From positions 1 to 64,000 of the forward strand of contig JBDOQK010000045.1 in assembly GCA_040437565.1 (NCBI GenBank): a stretch of 64,000 nucleotides of DNA. Direction: 5' to 3'. This stretch comes from Albugo candida (lineage: Eukaryota). The translations under genes were made by a program, and so were the position numbers. Positions within the stretch are counted from its first letter, which is position 1. Each line of letters opens with the position of its first letter. Of this stretch, positions 51,904 to 64,000 are shown one piece after another. A model generated the notes under the pieces. The model saw only the letters and a program-made list of their open reading frames with translations. It had not been told where the DNA came from and ran no database searches.

Positions 51904-51985
51904 GTCAGTTTGCCCGAGTGGTCTAAGGGGTTACGTTCAGGTCGTAATGTTTTCGAACGCGTGGGTTCAAATCCCACAGCTGACA
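51904..51985 (+). tRNA. tRNA-Leu(CAG)
   Basis: Acceptor stem GTCAGTT/AGCTGAC plus discriminator A. D-arm GCCCGAGTGGTCTAAGGG. Anticodon arm TTACG-TTCAGGT-CGTAA. Long variable arm. T-arm GTGGG-TTCAAAT-CCCAC. Confidence 0.95.
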
Positions 51986-52097
51986 TAATCGTATAAGTTT
52001 GAAACCTTTTATACAAACTTCTCTGATTGGTTCCACTAAAATTTTGTCATCCATTCAAGTACCTTCACTCAGTCCCGTGAAAACATTACCAAGAACT

Positions 52098-54423
52098 ATG
52101 AGCGACAATCATTCCGAACGCACCAAGACTCGTCTAACAAAATCTAGTGGCCCACACATTCCAACGTCGGAGCCAATTGATAAAAATGCATCAGCTCTCA
52201 TCGGTGGTGACTTTATCGCGCAGCCAAATGCTCCCTTCCTCTCATCGCGAGATGATCTTTTTTCGAAATTATTCGCAACACAGACTGAAACGATTGCGAA
52301 ATTACAAAATGAGAATCGTCCCATACAAATCATTTTACCCAATGAAAACCTCAAAGAATCGGGTCAAGCCTATCTCATCACGCCATTGGACATAATCAAG
52401 CGCATCGATAGCATATCATCCAATGACATTGTCGTAGCGAAAGTCCGATATCATAACGCCAAAGATCAATCCGAAGATCCTTTATCGATCGATTCGTCGG
52501 CCAATATCGACGGAAATGAGTCAAGCCCAGAATGCTGTTCAGCGCATGCCAACGGACACAACTCTGTTAGCAGTTGGGAGCTGTGGGATCTCAAACGCGC
52601 GCTAATTGGCGATTGTGACCTAAAATTCATCAAATTTGACGAAGAAGACGGTCGAATGGTTTTCTGGCACTCGTCTGCACACATATTAGGCGAAGCAATG
52701 GAACAACTCAAAGGCTGCTTCCTTACAATCGGTCCTCCAGTGGAAGGAGGCTTCTATTATGACGCATTTATGGGGAACATGTACGTCGAAAAGCCGAATT
52801 TGAATGCGAGTTTGACTGAATGGGTGTGTTTGTAGCTCGTGGCAAGAGACGGAGTGGAGCGTATTGGAGAAAACGTGTCAGAAAATTGTCAAAGAGAACC
52901 AAAACTTTGAAAGACTCGTTTTAACGAAAGAGGAAGCATTGGAATTATTCGCTGACAATGTGTTCAAAACACAACTCATCGCAACCAAGATACCGGAAGG
53001 AGGAAAAACGACAGCGTATCGATGTGGCTCCTTGATCGATCTCTGTCGTGGACCCCACGTATTGAGCACGGGCAGAGTGAAAGCATTAGCGATCACCAAG
53101 ACCTCAAGCACGTATTGGCTCGGAAAGACAACCAATGACTCATTACAGCGGGTGTATGGAGTCTCGTTCCCGACAAAAGCACAATTGAAAGAATGGAAGC
53201 ACTTTCAAGCAGAGGCAATCAAACGAGATCATCGTCGACTCGGTCTAAGCCACGACCTTTATTTCTTCCATTCGTTGAGTCCCGGAAGTGCGTTCTGGCT
53301 ACCGAATGGCGCTCATATCTTTTCGAAACTCCTCGAATTTCTACGTGCTCAATATCGCGAACGTGGCTACAACGAAGTGATCACACCCAACATGTTCAAT
53401 ATGGAACTCTGGAACACATCGGGACATGCTGCCCACTACAAAGAAAACATGTTTGTGTTCGAAGTGGAATCGCAGGAATTTGCACTCAAACCGATGAATT
53501 GTCCGTCTCATTGCCTGATGTTTGATCATCGCTTACGTTCTTATCGCGAGCTTCCAATACGATACGCGGATTTCGGAGTATTACATCGGAATGAGCTCAG
53601 TGGCGCACTCACAGGATTGACGCGCGTTCGTCGCTTCCAGCAGGATGACGCCCACATATTCTGTCGTGAAGATCAAATCAAACGAGAAATTATCGATTTC
53701 CTTCAATTTATGAAGTTTGTGTACGACACGTTTGATATTCGCTTCCAATTGGAGCTGTCCACACGACCGGCAAAAGCGATGGGAGAATTGACACAATGGG
53801 AACAAGCTGAGAGTCAATTAGCAAGTGCATTGGATGAGTTTATTGGGAAAGATCAATGGCGAGAGAATCCTGGAGACGGTGCTTTCTACGGTCCAAAAAT
53901 CGATATTATGATCACAGATGCGTTAAAGCGTCAACATCAATGCGCCACAGTGCAATTAGACTTTCAATTACCAATCCGATTCAATCTCAAATACCGATCC
54001 GACGACGAAGAAGGATACAAGCGTCCGATTATAATCCATCGTGCCATTTACGGATCTCTCGAGCGATTTGTGGCAGTACTGGTCGAGCATTATGCCGCGA
54101 AATTCCCATTTTGGCTGTCACCTCGTCAGGTTCTCATTGTGACTGTAGGCCACGCCTTTGTGGACTACGGATACCACGTCAAAGAAATGATCTTCCGTGC
54201 GGGCTTCCAAGTGGAAATTGAAGATTCCGGCAAGACACTCAATAAGAAGATCCGCGAAGGCCAATTGGCACATTACAACTTCATTCTCGTAGTCGGTGCC
54301 AAAGAAAAAGAGACACAATCAGTGAATATTCGCACTCGCGATAACAAAGTGCACGGAACGAAAACGATCGACGAAGCCATTGCCATGTTTCAAAGTCTCC
54401 AAAACAGTAGAGCCAACGAATGA
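52098..54423 (+). CDS. TARS: Threonyl-tRNA synthetase (eukaryotic cytosolic type), 2 exons
   Basis: FWHSSAHILG, GPPVEGGFYYD, DLCRGPH, RDHR, KPMNCPSH, TRVRRFQQDDAHIFC, GAFYGPKID, HRAIYGSLERF. GT-AG intron 52781-52835 joins the two ORFs in frame. Confidence 0.97.
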
Positions 54424-54551
54424 GAGTAATACACCGAATTCATCGATTGTGTTTGTGTTTGTCTCTGAGAGACAAATGGCTTTTCTCTCTCAACTGTCCC
54501 GAAAAGGAGACACAGACAACGCCTTTACTATCGCTCAGCCTTTACAGTCTC

Positions 54552-56798
54552 ATGTTTCGAAATCGATTGGAATGCGTGGTCTCTATGTGGAGACAGCGAC
54601 AAAGACAATGGTATTCGTCGTACGCTCCGATCAACCGCTTGTACCTCACATCGACAGATTACGTCCCATACACTGCTCCGCTTCTTTTGGGTCTCGCGAG
54701 CGTTTTGGAGCAAAAGTATGGTCGCATTGGATACTTTCGTCCAATTCTTCCGACACGAAAACAACGCCCAATCGATCATCACGTGGAACTCATGCAAAAG
54801 CTATTGGGACTCGAACCACACGCTACGACACAGCCTCTGTATGCGCTCAGTAGCGAAGAAGCTTTGGAATTCTGTCTTCGAAACGAACAAGATCAATTGA
54901 TCGATCAAATTCTCTTCACACTCGATAAAGCTCAACGAAACCACGATTTCATGATCATTGAAGGCTCAGCATTCCCGTCACATGAAACCAATTCTGTCAG
55001 TTGGCAACTTCACAAACAAATTGCAAATGCAATGGGCGCGTCTGTGATTTTATGTATGGACGCAGGAACTCGTGAATTCCCATCAAATACGTCGGAATTA
55101 GTGAATGAGATTGTCATTCGTACGCTTCTCGGAAGAGAATCCGCCGAAGCGGAACATGTCAATTACTTTGGAACACTTATCAATCGCGTCCGCGTCAACG
55201 ATCCGTCTGCGTTTGCTTTGGAATTGGAGAAAGCTTTTGAGAAGAATACAATTCCGTATTTGGGCTTTCTTCCGTACGATCGCGTCTTAGCGTCGCGAAG
55301 ACTCAATGAGGTTGCCTATCGACTCGGAGCCAAAGCTGTTGTCAATGTCAATGACTCTGCGAAAACGGTCTCTGTATCGGACATTGTGGTCGCAAGCAGT
55401 CAATTGAAAGAATTTCTGCATCACGTCAAAGACCGAAAGGATGGACTTTTAGTGCTCACATCCGCCGATCGATCGGATATGCTTTTGGGGCTTTTAGCTT
55501 CCCGTCTTCCGGGAATTCTCCCGCGAATTGCCGGCATTCTTCTCACCAACGGCGAGTACCCCGACAGTCAGACACAAGCGATACTCAATGGCGTCGCGGA
55601 ATCCCATAAATCAGGTCTTTCGATTCCCATTTATCTCATTGGAATGGACACATACACTGCCGCAACGGAATTGCATACAATTCGAACGGGAATTCTTCCA
55701 ACAAGCGTACAGAAAATCGCCACAAGTCAGACGCTCACGGAGCAATTCATCAACAAGAAACTGCTTATCGGCGAATTGGCGCACGGATTCATCTCAAATT
55801 GCTCCCCGAAACAATTTGAGCACATTTTATACACCAAAGCACGCAACGCAAAACGACATATTGTGCTTCCCGAAGGCAATGACGAGCGAATTCTGCGTGC
55901 AGCCGATGAGATTCTCCGATCGAATATCGCGACATTGACAATTCTTGGCGATGTGAATGAGATCCAATTGCAAGCGAAAACGTTGGGTCTCGATCTATCA
56001 ATCGCGACAATAATCGATCCCGCGAAATCGGAGCATTTGGAGCGATATATCGATCGATATCTCTTCCTTCGAAAGCACAAAGGCGTTGTCAAAGATATGG
56101 CTCGCGATGTCGTAATGGACGCAACGTATTTCGGCACGATGATGGTGGAAATGGACGATGCGGATGGGATGGTCTCTGGCGCGTATCACACAACAGCCGA
56201 TACGATACGACCCGCTTTACAGCTTATAAAGACACTTCCAAATCGACCTTTAGTATCGAGTATTTTCTTCATGGGATTACAAGATGGTGTGCGTATCTTT
56301 GGCGATTGTGCAGTGAATACGAATCCATCCGCTGAAGAATTGGCTCAGATTGCAGTGACCAGTGCTGAAAGTGCCCAAGCCTTTGGAATCCATCCTCGTG
56401 TCGCGATGCTTTCCTACGCAACTGGTGAATCCAACTCGGGACCCAATGTCGACAAAGTGCGTGCGGCCACGCGAATCGCGCAACAATTACGACCCGATCT
56501 CGATATATTTGGACCGATTCAGTATGACGCTGCTGTGGATCAAGCAATAGCAAAACAAAAACTCAAATCGCCTACCGCGCAGAGTATGCGCGTCGGAGGT
56601 CATGCGAATGTGCTCATCTTTCCCGATTTGAATGCCGGTAATAACACGTACAAAGCCGTCCAACAAGCAACGCGATGTATTGCGATCGGTCCAATGCTTC
56701 AAGGCTTACGGAAACCCGTGAATGATCTCAGTCGAGGCGCTACCGTCAAAGATATCGTCACTACTGTCGCGATCACTGCGATTCAAGCGGATGCATAG
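54552..56798 (+). CDS. pta: Phosphate acetyltransferase, long (type II) form
   Basis: N-terminal region GYFRPI...IIEGS, then DRSD, then the catalytic domain IVLPEG.DERILRAA, DGMVSGA.HTT.DT.RPA, GDCAVN.NP, GPIQYDAA, FPDLNAGNNTYKAVQ, PVNDLSRG. The ATG at 54552 or 54585 gives an Arg-rich presequence-like start. Confidence 0.95.
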   Translation: MFRNRLECVVSMWRQRQRQWYSSYAPINRLYLTSTDYVPYTAPLLLGLASVLEQKYGRIGYFRPILPTRKQRPIDHHVELMQKLLGLEPHATTQPLYALSSEEALEFCLRNEQDQLIDQILFTLDKAQRNHDFMIIEGSAFPSHETNSVSWQLHKQIANAMGASVILCMDAGTREFPSNTSELVNEIVIRTLLGRESAEAEHVNYFGTLINRVRVNDPSAFALELEKAFEKNTIPYLGFLPYDRVLASRRLNEVAYRLGAKAVVNVNDSAKTVSVSDIVVASSQLKEFLHHVKDRKDGLLVLTSADRSDMLLGLLASRLPGILPRIAGILLTNGEYPDSQTQAILNGVAESHKSGLSIPIYLIGMDTYTAATELHTIRTGILPTSVQKIATSQTLTEQFINKKLLIGELAHGFISNCSPKQFEHILYTKARNAKRHIVLPEGNDERILRAADEILRSNIATLTILGDVNEIQLQAKTLGLDLSIATIIDPAKSEHLERYIDRYLFLRKHKGVVKDMARDVVMDATYFGTMMVEMDDADGMVSGAYHTTADTIRPALQLIKTLPNRPLVSSIFFMGLQDGVRIFGDCAVNTNPSAEELAQIAVTSAESAQAFGIHPRVAMLSYATGESNSGPNVDKVRAATRIAQQLRPDLDIFGPIQYDAAVDQAIAKQKLKSPTAQSMRVGGHANVLIFPDLNAGNNTYKAVQQATRCIAIGPMLQGLRKPVNDLSRGATVKDIVTTVAITAIQADA

Positions 56799-56850
56799 GA
56801 TGTGTCGGTTTCCAAGCAACAGCTTTATATTTAGAAGCTGGAAGCATCGA

Positions 56851-59800
56851 ATGATTCCACGGACGATCACATCGCCGACCGCAGGTCTTGTGCCTCGACA
56901 GCATGAGAAAGCGATATGTCAGGTGTCGGAATGCAAAGCGAAATCGTATCCGTACGATCGATGGATTGTATTCCTCGTCGTCTTTCGATTGCTCGATTTC
57001 ATATATCTCTTCCTTTCGATTCCGCTTCGTATCGGATTTTTCTTCGATCCGTTCGTAGCGCACGCGTTTGCGTGTGGCACATGGCGTACATCGACGACTG
57101 TGTTTACTGTTTTGGATGTTGTGGCGGAAGGGATCGCATTCAGTCATATCGCTGGACTTCGAAAGCGTCAACGTCGAGCGATTGCATCACTTGCCGATGC
57201 TGCAGCGTGTCCAAATGTCCAAAAGAGAAAAGCTCGACCGATTCCAATGCGAGATCCTTCATCGAGGGAAGACACGTACGATTCCAAGACATCCAATACG
57301 ACTCAAACAGTCGAAGCGCTTTCTCTATGGTATCTAATGTCAATGCTGCCTTTGGAATGGATCGCTGCATTCACAGGTGTCAATACGCTTCACGTACTGA
57401 GACTTCATCGAATGCTGAGGCTGCAGGGCGTTTCCGCGTGGTGGACGACTGTGAATGAGACATTTCCATCATTGAGATTCTTGAAACAAATGCATTTCGG
57501 TGAAAAGCTCTTGTACCAAACGATTTTGATCGGATGTGTTTCGTGTCATATCGCCGCCTGTGGGTACATGTGGATCGCTCATTTCGAATGCGGAATGGAG
57601 ATGGAATATTGCCCTCTTACAACTGCTGCAAGGGCGCATCGTCGACTCGACACGATAGCCACTCGTACATGCTGGGCCGTCGAAGATCGACTCACACATG
57701 CGTCGACGTTCCGAAAGTATAGTCGAGCAGTGTATTGGGCATCGAGGACGCTGATCACGCTCGGGTACTATGACGTCGCACCACGAACGAATTTGGAGAC
57801 GATTTTCAGTATGGGGATACAACTACTTGGCGCTGTGTTCAGCACGTGCATTATCGCGACGTTGTTGTTCATTTTCCGGTACCGAAATCTTCGTCGAGCG
57901 GAATTCAACAAGCACGTGGACAATGCCAAGCATCTGATGAAGCTGTACAAGCTTCCAAAGAAGATTCAAAAGCGTGTGTTTGCGTACTATGACCATGTTT
58001 GGAACGTGTATTCCGGGCTGCCGGGGGAACAATGCGTGCTGGAACGACTTCCAGAGCATTTACAGACGCAAATTCGGTATCAAGTACGCATCAAGAGGCT
58101 TTATAGCGTGTCGTTCCTCGGGAAAGAACCATTGGAATTTGTCAATCTTCTGGCCGTCAAGCTGTCACATCGCGTCTATGCGCCGAGAGATTGGATCATA
58201 CGTCGTGTGCCGACATCGATGTACTTTGTATCGATTGGGGAAGTGATTCTACACAATCAATCGGCGTGGAAAGACAAAACGCGACTCATTGGCGTCGGCG
58301 ATCATTTCGCATCGAATGCGCTACTTCACGCGGAATGGAATGTCGATATTGTCGCTCGAGCACATACGTTTTGTGAGCTGCATCAGCTTCCACATCACGC
58401 TTTCCACGATACATTACATGCGTTTTTCGGTGATCAAGCAGGCGTCCAACTGGAAAGGATGCGTGTGCAGCTTTCTCGGAAGGATCAACAGCAGCAAAAG
58501 ACGGAGAAAATGTTGGGGAAACGAGTCACACAACGATTCACCGTGCTGTCCATTGGCGATACATTGCATGAGGAGAACATGGACACTCCAATTGGAGTCT
58601 ACCGACTGATGTATTGGATCCAAAGCATACGACCTCGAAATTGGTTTCGGGAATGGACGCTGCCGGAGAGTCCATTTCGATACTATTGGGAACACTTTCG
58701 ATGTATCTGTTTGACATTTATCGCGTTCGAAGTTCCTTTCTATCTCGCGTTTGATGGAGGATGGCCATTTTTCAAAGACGATAGCAACGAGATCGATCGG
58801 ATGTGGGCAATTGTTGTAGAGGTTTTCTTCGGGTTGGATTTCATGTTTCAATGTCGTTATTTCGCGGTATTGGATCCCGTCTTACAGACACTCGTTCATG
58901 ATCCCGCGTACTTGATGGAGCATTACAAATTGAATGGAATGACACTCGATGCGGTCGCGTTACTTCCCGTGCCATTGCTACTGGAAATTCTCTCGTTTCG
59001 ATCGAGTACCTCACGATGGATGTATTTGTTCCGATTACTTCGACTTTGTCGCTTGGCGAAATTCCATTTCCATTTGTCAGAGATTGTGAGGCTTCGAAAT
59101 CTCAGCTCTCGCGTGGAACGAGCATTACGACTCTTTATGTACGCGACGTGGACCATGCACGTGACTGGATGTCTATGGTTTGAGATGGCACGACTCAGTA
59201 TGCCGCCAGTGTTTCCAATGAGAGGGAACGTGACACGCTCGAGCTGCCTCGAAGATGCAAATGTACATCAGAATTGTTCCTGGCTCGTGTTTGATTGCTA
59301 CGGGCAGATGGCGACCCGTCTTCCAATGGAAAATAAAGACTCGAGCTACACAAAGTCGTTTGCGTACATCCGATCGTTTTACTGGGCTGTCGTCGCATTA
59401 ACGACANNNNNNNNNNNNNNNNNNNNNNNNNNNNNNNNNNNNNNNNNNNNNNNNNNNNNNNNNNNNNNNNNNNNNNNNNNNNNNNNNNNNNNNNNNNNNN
59501 NNNNNNAATCAATCGGCGTGGAAAGACAAAACGCGACTCATTGGCGTCGGCGATCATTTCGCATCGAATGCGCTACTTCACGCGGAATGGAATGTCGATA
59601 TTGTCGCTCGAGCACATACGTTTTGTGAGCTGCATCAGCTTCCACATCACGCTTTCCACGATACATTACATGCGTTTTTCGGTGATCAAGCAGGCGTCCA
59701 ACTGGAAAGGATGCGTGTGCAGCTTTCTCGGAAGGATCAACAGCAGCAAAAGACGGAGAAAATGTTGGGGAAACGAGTCACACAACGATTCACCGTGCTG

Positions 59801-62800
59801 TCCATTGGCGATACATTGCATGAGGAGAACATGGACACTCCAATTGGAGTCTACCGACTGATGTATTGGATCCAAAGCATACGACCTCGAAATTGGTTTC
59901 GGGAATGGACGCTGCCGGAGAGTCCATTTCGATACTATTGGGAACACTTTCGATGTATCTGTTTGACATTTATCGCGTTCGAAGTTCCTTTCTATCTCGC
60001 GTTTGATGGAGGATGGCCATTTTTCAAAGACGATAGCAACGAGATCGATCGGATGTGGGCAATTGTTGTAGAGGTTTTCTTCGGGTTGGATTTCATGTTT
60101 CAATGTCGTTATTTCGCGGTATTGGATCCCGTCTTACAGACACTCGTTCATGATCCCGCGTACTTGATGGAGCATTACAAATTGAATGGAATGACACTCG
60201 ATGCGGTCGCGTTACTTCCCGTGCCATTGCTACTGGAAATTCTCTCGTTTCGATCGAGTACCTCACGATGGATGTATTTGTTCCGATTACTTCGACTTTG
60301 TCGCTTGGCGAAATTCCATTTCCATTTGTCAGAGATTGTGAGGCTTCGAAATCTCAGCTCTCGCGTGGAACGAGCATTACGACTCTTTATGTACGCGACG
60401 TGGACCATGCACGTGACTGGATGTCTATGGTTTGAGATGGCACGACTCAGTATGCCGCCAGTGTTTCCAATGAGAGGGAACGTGACACGCTCGAGCTGCC
60501 TCGAAGATGCAAATGTACATCAGAATTGTTCCTGGCTCGTGTTTGATTGCTACGGGCAGATGGCGACCCGTCTTCCAATGGAAAATAAAGACTCGAGCTA
60601 CACAAAGTCGTTTGCGTACATCCGATCGTTTTACTGGGCTGTCGTCGCATTAACGACAATTGGGTACGGCGATGTTGTCGCGTTCTCTACAGCGGAGAGT
60701 TTGTTTGCGGCACTTTGGGTCTTTATCGGTGGCATTATCAATTACGTCGTAGTTGCAGCCATGTCCAATATCATCTCTTCGTCTTTAGCGTCGAAACGCG
60801 ACGCTCTTGAGAAAATCAATCACACGAATCTCCTTCTTACGCACTTTGGCGTCGCGGAACCGATTGCGACGCGTATTCGAAAGTATTACCAGCAGCGAGC
60901 GTCGATGGGCCAAAAGCTCGAGACAGAAACACTTGTTCTTCAGTACATTCCCGATCATCTTGGTACAAAGATCTCAAGGATGCTTCATGCGGACGCGATA
61001 AAGAGCATTTCGCTGTTCCAAGGACGTGGTCGACTTTTGGTTGGGCTCATGGGTTTATTCCGACGAAGAATGTTTTATTACGGGGATCTGTTGTCGCCAG
61101 TGAATGCTCAAGTTTGTGACGAGATGATGGTGATTGTGTCGGGAAGAGTCGATGGGTACAGCGTACACCATCCTCACAAAGTTCCTCTGCACGGACTCAG
61201 TGATGGACACCATTTTGGTGTCGCAGAAATGCTTCTTCGACAGCCACTTGCACTTAAACTCGTCGCACGATCCGCGATCGTGGAAGCTTCGATGCTCACA
61301 TACGCTGCGTTTGAGACGATGGAGCGACAATTTGCAGTCCAAGTCCAAGAGCTCAAGAAGAACGCGATGCAGCAGCTCGGAGACGATCGGAAAAAGCTTG
61401 AAGCGATCGAGTCTAATCTCATGCATGCGACCACACTGCTCAAGTACTCTCAGTCTTGCACAACGCTATTTGCCGACGACAGCGTCCCCATCGGATCGTC
61501 CGAGTCGTCAAAGGAGGCGCTAAGGCTTGTGTGGGAACCGCTAATGATCCTTCTGTACAGCTTCAACGCATACAGCATCATGTTCCGTATCGCATTCCTC
61601 AGCGACTTACGGCCTTCTAGACGCGTTCTCATGCTCCTAAGTGATATTGTGCAGGATTTCGTGCTGTGGATCGATCTGTACCTTTGTCTGTACTACTTGG
61701 AATGCAAGTTGGCCACCGTCGAGAATCTATGGACGAGAAATATCAGAGACCAACGTGTGAGCTTTTCAAGCTGGAAATTCCGACTTCGAATAATGAGTCT
61801 CATGCCGTTGTATTACCTTTCGACATCGAAAGAATGCGCTCGTGGGATTCTGTGGATGACAGTGCTGCGTGTGCCTCGTCTTTGGGGTTTGGCGCAAATT
61901 GGACATCGAACGAATGCGTTCATTATGCAGCTTCAACAGCGATTCCCCACAGCCTCGGGGCATCAAGTGACAACGATTGCCAGCCTCATCAAACTCTTAT
62001 CGGTGCTGTTATTCGTAGCGCATGTGGGAGCATGTGTCTTTTACACGATCTCCGCTGCCAATACGCACGCACTGGAGAACCCGAATTCATGGATCTCGCA
62101 TGATCATGTTGTTGTCCAGCAGCTTGGTCATCGCGTACAGAGTCAATGTGCAAGTTTACGTGTCAGTGGCGCTCTGTATATCCGAGCACTTTACTGGGCT
62201 CTTACCACATTGACTCTTGTCGGGTCCAAGGAAGTGACGCCTTTGGATCGGACTTCGACGGTGTGGGCGGTGCTTGCGTGCTTGTGCTGCACCTTTGTGG
62301 TGGGTCATATCGTCGGTGAGCTTTCAGAGCTGATGCTGGAAGATGATAAAGGGAAGAAAGAACTGCATGAACGTATCCACGATTTGGAGCAATACGCCAA
62401 AGAGAACTCTCTTCCGTCATCGTTACGAGCTCGAAGTCTTCATTATTTGAAGTATCATTTCGCGCATACGAAAGGGATGGAATTGGCGGTACAGGACGCA
62501 TTTCGTGATTTATCGCAGCCGTTAAAGGCGCAATTGATGGAGAGTTATCATCGACGGACACTGGAAGCGATCCCAATTGCTCGATTTCTCAATAAGGTGC
62601 AACTCCACACTTTGGCGATGCGTCTCCGACCTCAGTTATACATTCCAGGCGACATTGTTGTACGTCAGGGCGATCCAGGCTACGATCTGTTTATTATTCG
62701 ACACGGAATCTCGATGGTTGTGTGGGAGAATACGGGAAGTATTGTGGCAACGCTGTCGTCTGGAGCGATGTTTGGTGAAGTTGCATTCTTTCTATCGCAA

Positions 62801-64000
62801 GCTCGACGCACCGCTACCGTGCAGACAATGACATGCAGTGAGATTTACGCGGTCGATCGAGAGACGTGGCAACGAGTACTTCCTTCTTTCTTCCATGATA
62901 TCGAGCCAGGTCAGGATCCTAACGGTTTACACTCCAATATACGTCCACTACGTCAGCCGAGAAGGATTGGAAGCACAGAGGTCGCCATATGTACGTGGGT
63001 CCAGCATTGTCTTGAAGCGTACGGTCGTGTCGCGATGGAGATCATCAAGGAGACTCGACCTGAAAAGGGACAAGTTGCACCGCCGGAAGGTGGGATCCAT
63101 CGACCTGCGTACCCTCATCGACTGGAAAAACGAGCGTCTTCGTACCAGTCTCCAGCTCGAAGGACGAATGGAAGAGAGCGACGCAATCTCACGGAAGGAG
63201 ATCGACATGAATCCTCTGAACGTCGCAGTCCGACTGTAATCGTGGACAAGGCTGAGAGCGGTAGGGAGGCTGAAACGCTGAAAAGTACGCAAATGCATTC
63301 GCTTTCACAATGGTCCGACATCTCGAGCTCGCATAAAGTGGACGTCGATGTGCAGGATCGCGTCATGTTGATGTCGTTTCTTGTTCGAATTGCCCGTGAA
63401 GAGAGCCTTAAAGCACAGAGACACGGAACTGTGCTTGAGGACACATTGAAAGTGGGGCGTTTTGGCAAGGCAATTTCTCGTCTTACGCGTATTTTGCGTC
63501 TGCATCGTACGAACGAAAGAGTGATGCCGAGGAAAATGCTGACCGTACTGGCGTCACACGCTCCATTGTCCAATTTTCAGCACTCTGTGGTGCAGCTGAA
63601 NNNNNNNNNNNNNNNNNNNNNNNNNNNNNNNNNNNNNNNNNNNNNNNNNNNNNNNNNNNNNNNNNNNNNNNNNNNNNNNNNNNNNNNNNNNNNNNNNNNN
63701 TCCACTACGTCAGCCGAGAAGGATTGGAAGCACAGAGGTCGCCATATGTACGTGGGTCCAGCATTGTCTTGAAGCGTACGGTCGTGTCGCGATGGAGATC
63801 ATCAAGGAGACTCGACCTGAAAAGGGACAAGTTGCACCGCCGGAAGGTGGGATCCATCGACCTGCGTACCCTCATCGACTGGAAAAACGAGCGTCTTCGT
63901 ACCAGTCTCCAGCTCGAAGGACGAATGGAAGAGAGCGACGCAATCTCACGGAAGGAGATCGACATGAATCCTCTGAACGTCGCAGTCCGACTGTAATCGT
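56851..64000 (+). CDS. Second multi-repeat CNBD-containing cation channel (three repeats visible; runs off the window)
   Basis: The 968-aa and 1353-aa ORFs join after removing the 1252-nt gap-plus-duplicate. Pore motifs TLGYYD, TIGYGD and LVGSKE; S4 RLLRLCRL; CNBD FGEVAFF..RRTATV. Start is uncertain (56800 or 56851). 63701-64000 duplicates sequence from 62944 onward. Confidence 0.88.

Larger units (their letters stand above)
557..63700. other. About 20 scaffold gaps of 100 N, mostly flanked by exact overlap duplications
   Basis: Example offsets: 293 (gap 29541), 324 (35559), 1801 (40038), 236 (49591), 315 (50159), 1252 (59407), 757 (63601). Confidence 0.95.

Noticed and set aside
51999-52097. 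Non-AUG N-terminal extension of ThrRS for mitochondrial targeting
   Set aside because: The open stretch begins only 14 bp after the tRNA and is poor in Arg. There is no direct support.
54420-54423. ATGA stop/start overlap suggesting a bacterial operon or contamination
   Set aside because: ThrRS is eukaryotic-type with a spliceosomal intron, and the extra 44 aa do not look like part of Pta. The downstream ATG is more plausible.
58255-60658. Apparent extra channel repeat, or two separate channel genes
   Set aside because: Exact 1152-bp overlap duplicate around gap 59407-59506. Removing it restores one ORF.
26697-64000. Numerous short antisense or alternate-frame ORFs in the ORF track
   Set aside because: They are shadows of long real CDSs with no recognisable motifs, and many start at TTG or GTG.

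Overview
Eukaryotic draft-assembly window, most likely an oomycete. Albugo-like is an inference from the short GT-AG introns, compact gene spacing, long-form Pta and flagellar ARMC2. About 20 gaps of 100 N are present, and most are flanked by exact overlap duplications that are assembly artefacts. Positions 1 to ~26.5 kb are gene-poor: a degenerate ~200-bp tandem array, a TA-flanked TIR DNA transposon with an intron-containing Tc1/mariner-like DDE transposase, a second decayed transposase of the same family, and a decayed L1-like LINE plus fragments. Positions 26.7-64 kb are gene-dense. In order: a ~2,520-aa four-repeat cyclic-nucleotide-gated/K+-like channel, a Tubby-like gene, three tandem divergent lumazine-synthase paralogues (one with a metallothionein-like Cys tail), a trypsin-fold protease with Cys at the catalytic Ser position, ARMC2, a long-inverted-repeat element, a Rab5/22-like GTPase, ATP synthase OSCP, tRNA-Leu(CAG), ThrRS, phosphate acetyltransferase, and a second multi-repeat CNBD channel running off the window. 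The strongest candidates for undescribed biology are the lumazine-synthase triplet, the two pseudo-tetrameric channels with asymmetric filters, and the His-Asp-Cys protease.
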